In this document: in pieces, positions 59,790 through 64,000 of the stretch | Layout: each line of letters opens with the position of its first letter | How positions within the stretch are numbered: position 1 is the stretch's first letter | Origin: a virus | Length of the DNA: 64,000 bases | Virus record (IMG/VR): IMGVR_UViG_3300048929_000433 | Coordinates: 1-64,000 of that record | Direction: 5' to 3' (one strand) | Program-made: the position numbers and the translations under genes | Notes under the pieces: model-generated | Database searches by the model: none | Told to the model about the DNA's origin: nothing | What the model saw: only the letters and a program-made list of their open reading frames with translations

Positions 59790-61307
59790 TCAGCAATTGC
59801 TGAGCATGGCCGGTTGCGCGTTGATGATGATGTTGGTGATGCGGACCGGCGGTCGATAGGTGAAGTCGATCCACAGTTTGCCGGGGATACCCTGGCACTT
59901 CGGCGCCACCTCGAAGTCGGTACGCAGGACAATGTCGCGATCGATGTCCTCGAACTCCGAGAACAGGATGCCGACCTGGCTCTTGGCCCAGGCCCGGAAC
60001 TGACCCTGGATCAGCTTCGGATTGGTGCCGCGGATGCCGGAGGGGATCGTGGTGTTCTTGGTGAACAGCCCGAGCCCAACCACCTGCCCCAACGCAATCG
60101 CCGCCGCGTCGGCCGTAGCCGCTGCGAGCCGCCGCGAATTCACGTTCCACCACGTCGCATTGAGCCGGCCGTTTTCATCGTACCGGTTGTTGGTAGAATC
60201 GTTGACGATCATCGGCTGCGTCATCGAGCCGGTACCGCCCTGCAGCGGGACCGTGACCACAAAGCCGGTGGCCTGCAGCAGCTGCTGCTCATCGAACGTG
60301 AAGCATTGGAAGCAGGATTCCGGCTGGCGCAGACACGCCAGGACGCCAAAGTTCGGGCCCTGGATCGACATCTCCGGATTGTCGACGGTCGAGCAGCAGC
60401 TCAATGCAGCGTAGGCCGCCACCTTCATCCAGCCAGCACTCGGATCGGTGCAGCAATGCGCGAGCCGCGACACCTCGGCAGAGTTGGTGTCGGAGGCCAT
60501 GATCTGACCGAGCGTGCCGTAGTTATAGGTATAGCCGTGACCGAAACATTGCGGCTTCAAGCATGACCATGCATCGGCGATGTAGGCGATCATGTTGTCT
60601 TGCCACTTATCTTCGGCGTACAGCATGCCGATGCAGCAATAGCAGCACTCGCCAAGGATCGCCGAATAGTCCAGCATCGTTGCCGGTCCGTTCGTTCCCT
60701 GCACGCTCTGCACGATCTCGGCGTCGACACCCATCGGCGCGTAGTCGCGGCGATTATGCCAGTTATAGATCGGCATGATGCAGTTACCGACGCTACCCTT
60801 GTTCTTGGCGGTCAGGGTGACCACCCCGAGCGCGTGCGTCACCGTGAACGGCAAGCCAGCCTCAGCAATGAGGTTGTCTGCCACCGCGGTTGCGATATCC
60901 GCCTCGGTATCGCCCTCGACGATCCGGGTCGACGTATTGTACCGACCATCCGCAATGAACAGGTCGATCCTGCCGTCGCTGGTAGCCGGGCCCGTGAAGG
61001 TGATGGTGTAGACCGCCGCCGCGGTGCCGCCCGCGCTGGCATCGTCACGCGGCAACGCATAAAACTCCATCGCCTGGTTCGGACAGCAGCCGAACCCGGT
61101 TTTGAGACCTTCGGCGATGATGCTGCCCTCGCCGAACAGCAGATCGACATCGCGCAGGCTCGGGATCTTGATCAGCTCATCCACCTCGGCGGTGCCGGTG
61201 TCGAGCATCTGGCCTTCGAGCAGGATGCGGCACTTGCTCGGATAGGCATTGAGCGAAGGGTCAAAACAAATCCGGATTGCGCCGGACCGCAGGCTATCAA
61301 TCGACAT
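59790..61307 (-). CDS. contractile tail sheath protein (505 aa; 20 Cys)
   Basis: Size and position upstream of the tube gene. Confidence 0.82.
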   Translation of the reverse strand: MSIDSLRSGAIRICFDPSLNAYPSKCRILLEGQMLDTGTAEVDELIKIPSLRDVDLLFGEGSIIAEGLKTGFGCCPNQAMEFYALPRDDASAGGTAAAVYTITFTGPATSDGRIDLFIADGRYNTSTRIVEGDTEADIATAVADNLIAEAGLPFTVTHALGVVTLTAKNKGSVGNCIMPIYNWHNRRDYAPMGVDAEIVQSVQGTNGPATMLDYSAILGECCYCCIGMLYAEDKWQDNMIAYIADAWSCLKPQCFGHGYTYNYGTLGQIMASDTNSAEVSRLAHCCTDPSAGWMKVAAYAALSCCSTVDNPEMSIQGPNFGVLACLRQPESCFQCFTFDEQQLLQATGFVVTVPLQGGTGSMTQPMIVNDSTNNRYDENGRLNATWWNVNSRRLAAATADAAAIALGQVVGLGLFTKNTTIPSGIRGTNPKLIQGQFRAWAKSQVGILFSEFEDIDRDIVLRTDFEVAPKCQGIPGKLWIDFTYRPPVRITNIIINAQPAMLSNC

Positions 61308-61336
61308 CTGGTCTACTCCTTTGCGGTTCTGGCGGT

Positions 61337-61579
61337 TTACTCGCGCGCCGGTTTCGGGGATTCAGTCGGAGAATCGGGACGCGGGCCGGTGGCGCGACCA
61401 CCACCCGTCGGGCGTTGGCGTGAGGCCATCTCGCCCTGCAGCTCGACGTCCTCCCAATGATTGATCAGGCGACGGACGTAGGGCGTGTCGGAGACCGGCA
61501 CGAATTCGTCATTCGAGATCTTCCTGCCCTCGTTATAGGCCACGCGGCCCGGACGAGCTTTCACATAGATCGTGGCCAT
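61337..61579 (-). CDS. DUF2635-like (Mu gp38-like) small protein (80 aa)
   Basis: Start MATIYVKARPGRVAYNEGRK at 61579, with AAGGAGG upstream. Confidence 0.55.
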   Translation of the reverse strand: MATIYVKARPGRVAYNEGRKISNDEFVPVSDTPYVRRLINHWEDVELQGEMASRQRPTGGGRATGPRPDSPTESPKPARE

Positions 61580-61611
61580 TGCGGGCCTCCTTGGTTGCTG
61601 GGGAATGAAGC

Positions 61612-62208
61612 CTACTTGCACGGGTCGCATCGTTCGTCGTCTTGCTCCGGACATTCCGGATCCGGAATGCAGCCTTGTGGCGTGCACATCCGGAAACCAA
61701 TCTCGTCGACGATATCGTTCGCGGTGCTGCGATCGGTGCGACACCATTCGAAAGTCGCGAGGAAGGTAAAGGTCAGCTTTGCAGCATGATGATCAGCCTC
61801 GACATGGAGGCCGCGATAAGCGACGTGCTCACCGTTCGGACCGCGCCAATCCAGAAAGCCATCGATCAGCTTGTTGCGAATGAACTCATACGGGTAATAG
61901 CTCCAGTACGGCGTCACCTTGCCGCCCGATGTGACTTGCTCCGGCGCCATCCAGAATTCGATGATGAAAGCATCGGTGATCTTGAACTGTTCGCTATGAC
62001 TGCGCAGCAGCTGTTCACCGATCGATTGCGTGAACGCCACCAGTACCAGCGGCAAGGTCGGGACGTATTCCTTGTTGACGTCGATGTCGCTGACCGCGAT
62101 CGAGCGCGTGGTACCGTCCGGACTCTTGAGTTGCTGGTAAAAGATCTCGCCAACCCTGGCGGCCACTGCCGGCAGGAAGCGCGTTTCCTGAGATACCAGG
62201 GCATCCAT
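61612..62208 (-). CDS. tail terminator/neck protein, Mu gp37-like, with C-terminal Cys cluster
   Basis: Synteny. C-terminus CTPQGCIPDPECPEQDDERCDPCK. Start MDALVSQ at 62208. Confidence 0.55.
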   Translation of the reverse strand: MDALVSQETRFLPAVAARVGEIFYQQLKSPDGTTRSIAVSDIDVNKEYVPTLPLVLVAFTQSIGEQLLRSHSEQFKITDAFIIEFWMAPEQVTSGGKVTPYWSYYPYEFIRNKLIDGFLDWRGPNGEHVAYRGLHVEADHHAAKLTFTFLATFEWCRTDRSTANDIVDEIGFRMCTPQGCIPDPECPEQDDERCDPCK

Positions 62209-62210
62209 TG

Positions 62211-62573
62211 CTACAGCCTCGACCACTCAACCCAATGACCGAGCCGCCCCGCCTTGACGCCAGCCTTCAACGCGTCATCGCTCATCTTGCGGCGGGCCAT
62301 CCGTGAGGTGCCTTCGCGCAGGAATTTCGAGTACCGCATGTTGCTGCCGATCGTCATCGATACGTTGGTCACCTCGGTACGGATCGAGCCCTTGAGATTG
62401 CCGGTACGAATGTTCGGCCAGGCACCAGGCGCTGAAGCTGGCGGATAGTTACCCATGCCGCCCTTGAACGCCGTTTCCGCGGCATGCGCGACTCGATGTA
62501 GCCAGCTTCGAATTTCGGCATTGTCCTTGCGTGCTCGAAACGTCGACCATGGTGAGAACTCGATGGTGATCAT
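62211..62573 (-). CDS. HK97 gp10-like tail completion/neck protein (120 aa)
   Basis: Start MITIEFSPW at 62573; synteny. Confidence 0.55.
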   Translation of the reverse strand: MITIEFSPWSTFRARKDNAEIRSWLHRVAHAAETAFKGGMGNYPPASAPGAWPNIRTGNLKGSIRTEVTNVSMTIGSNMRYSKFLREGTSRMARRKMSDDALKAGVKAGRLGHWVEWSRL

Positions 62574-62998
62574 CAGAGCTTGGTCGGCTGCGCCGACAGC
62601 TGGTTGCGCGGCGGCGGCGCCTGGTCTGACCGTTCGAGCAGATGCGCATGCATGGTGATGAAATCTTCGCGCTCGGCAAAGCCGAGAATCTTGTACCAAC
62701 GCGGCGGCGATTTGCGCCGCACTTCGTAAACCCAGGCGGCGGTGCTGATATCAAGATCGATTTTGTAGCGCACGGTGATCAGATGTGTTGCCCGATCGGC
62801 CGATTCCATCACCGCGTAGCCATAGGGTGAAATAAACGACGGCAGATGCGGTTGTGCATAGACCCGTGCCCATACGGTTGCGATGTTGTCTCGGGCCAGC
62901 GTCATGACGCCGCCTTCCTCGACCACATCACGCATGCTGCAAAGGGAGATCCGGTTGCGCAGGTCGGAAATCTTGGTGGTGAACTCCAGGCCAGCCAT
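62573..62998 (-). CDS. head-tail adaptor / head closure protein (141 aa)
   Basis: Synteny; sequence ...ATVWARVYAQP...ITVRY.... Confidence 0.6.
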   Translation of the reverse strand: MAGLEFTTKISDLRNRISLCSMRDVVEEGGVMTLARDNIATVWARVYAQPHLPSFISPYGYAVMESADRATHLITVRYKIDLDISTAAWVYEVRRKSPPRWYKILGFAEREDFITMHAHLLERSDQAPPPRNQLSAQPTKL

Positions 62999-63723
62999 CA
63001 GATCGCTTCGTTATCGTACAACCGCCAGCTCTCCAGCGCGCCGGAGACCATGGCGATATTGTTGGATCCCGATACGCCGCCGATCTTGGTCGAATTGTCC
63101 TTGCGATTGCGCTGCGTCATCAGCTCATCACCGGGATGCTCGACAATCCAGGCGATGTACTGCAGGCAGCCGATCACAACGCCGGCCGGCACGTCCGCCG
63201 GGCAATTAAAGCCGGCACGGTAGGCGGCCATCATGCCGCCGTTGAGATGGTGACCGGTGCTGCAAGGATGACAGGGACAGCTGAGATCGATGAAGCCGGT
63301 AGCGATCGGCACCTTGATGGTGCGGCTGCCCGGCTTGACGGTGAAGGCGCGATTGTCGGCGGCGCTGCTGCCGCCATAGAGATACACGATGCCGTCGGCG
63401 ACCGGGTACTGCAGCGTGTGCAGATAATACATCCGCCCTGGCTTGGGCGCAGGCGGGCCCTCGATCGGCTCGATCACCGTGCGCTGGCCGGCCAGCAGCA
63501 GCCCGGTAAACATCTCGGCGGCTTCAAGCGAAGCCTGTCGGTACAGTTCGAGCTGTTCGTCGGTAACGCCTGGAATGTCGTCGGTCTTGGTGTGAGCGCG
63601 GATGGCGTCGATCGATAGCCGATCCGACCAATTGAACTTAGTGACCTCATCCGGCTCAAACGGCCGCCCCGGCTGTGGCGGAGGCGGCACCTGGCCAAAG
63701 GTACGGTTGTGGCCCCTCAGCAT
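62998..63723 (-). CDS. head-tail connector (gp6-like) protein with extended C-terminus (241 aa)
   Basis: IDAIRAHTKTDDIPGVTDEQLELYRQASLEAAEMFTG has a gp6-like N-terminal pattern. Confidence 0.55.
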   Translation of the reverse strand: MLRGHNRTFGQVPPPPQPGRPFEPDEVTKFNWSDRLSIDAIRAHTKTDDIPGVTDEQLELYRQASLEAAEMFTGLLLAGQRTVIEPIEGPPAPKPGRMYYLHTLQYPVADGIVYLYGGSSAADNRAFTVKPGSRTIKVPIATGFIDLSCPCHPCSTGHHLNGGMMAAYRAGFNCPADVPAGVVIGCLQYIAWIVEHPGDELMTQRNRKDNSTKIGGVSGSNNIAMVSGALESWRLYDNEAI

Positions 63724-63989
63724 TTGGCAATCCCGATGTCGAAACAGTCAGTGCGCGTGTAACAGATGCACTCGCAGTCGAGCGCGGCCTGCAGCACCGT
63801 CAGCCGCCACACCTCGCAGAGCTGCGCGGCCGGCGATACCGTGACCGGGAATGAGACGATGAAATAGCGCTGGTCAACCGTAGCGGGCCCGACCGAGATC
63901 GATGGCATCGGTGCCATCGAGGCAGGATCAATTCCGACCGCGATCATCACCTCGAAATTGACGGTATGGGTGCCATCGGACGCGGACAC
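63717..63989 (-). CDS. hypothetical virion-module protein (90 aa), Cys-rich C-terminus
   Basis: Track ORF; C-terminus LDCECICYTRTDCFDIGIAKC. Confidence 0.45.
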   Translation of the reverse strand: MSASDGTHTVNFEVMIAVGIDPASMAPMPSISVGPATVDQRYFIVSFPVTVSPAAQLCEVWRLTVLQAALDCECICYTRTDCFDIGIAKC

Positions 63990-64000
63990 ATAAAACCGCT

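Larger units (their letters stand above)
1..64000. mobile_element. temperate phage / prophage genome segment (myovirus-type, Mu-like tail module); both ends of the element lie outside the window
   Basis: Uninterrupted phage-type gene content: integrase, Xis-like, replication, lysis, tail fibre, baseplate, tape measure, sheath/tube, head-tail connectors. No host core genes. Confidence 0.85.

Overview
The whole 64-kb window reads as one temperate, contractile-tailed phage or prophage. The tail and baseplate gene order is Mu-like. The host is probably a high-GC alphaproteobacterium, inferred from a GcrA homologue and CTTGAC-N17-CTAnnT promoters. I saw no host housekeeping genes, rRNA, tRNA or CRISPR.

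Layout:
- 0.1-10.1 kb: leftward array of short early cassettes, including an ArdC-like gene.
- 10.2-12.1 kb: repeat-rich control or origin region.
- 12.1-20.9 kb: leftward replication/recombination module (Toprim-helicase, Cas4-like nuclease, DUF669-like, AAA_24 ATPase, VRR-NUC, GcrA-like).
- 20.9-22.4 kb: AT-rich switch region with a wHTH regulator and an AlpA/Xis-like gene.
- 22.4-30.3 kb: rightward small-gene operon, interrupted by a 1.15-kb C-rich non-coding tract with no stop codon in any forward frame.
- 30.3-32.0 kb: candidate attP plus tyrosine integrase.
- 32-36.5 kb: regulators and a serine-recombinase operon.
- 36.5-41.2 kb: rightward small genes.
- 41.2-43.6 kb: moron-like secreted proteins.
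- 43.7-45.6 kb: lysis genes.
- 45.6-64 kb: leftward tail fibre, baseplate, tape measure, sheath, tube and head-tail genes.

Most notable observations:
1. Fifteen near-identical 29-bp promoter/operator units split the early genes into insulated promoter-gene-terminator cassettes.
2. The stop-free, strand-asymmetric C-rich modular tract at 24023-25175.
3. Three different repeat arrays at 10.4-12.1 kb.

Functional names come from motifs recognised by eye, not from database searches. Hand-derived coordinates (promoters, small ORFs, repeats) may be off by 1-2 nt.
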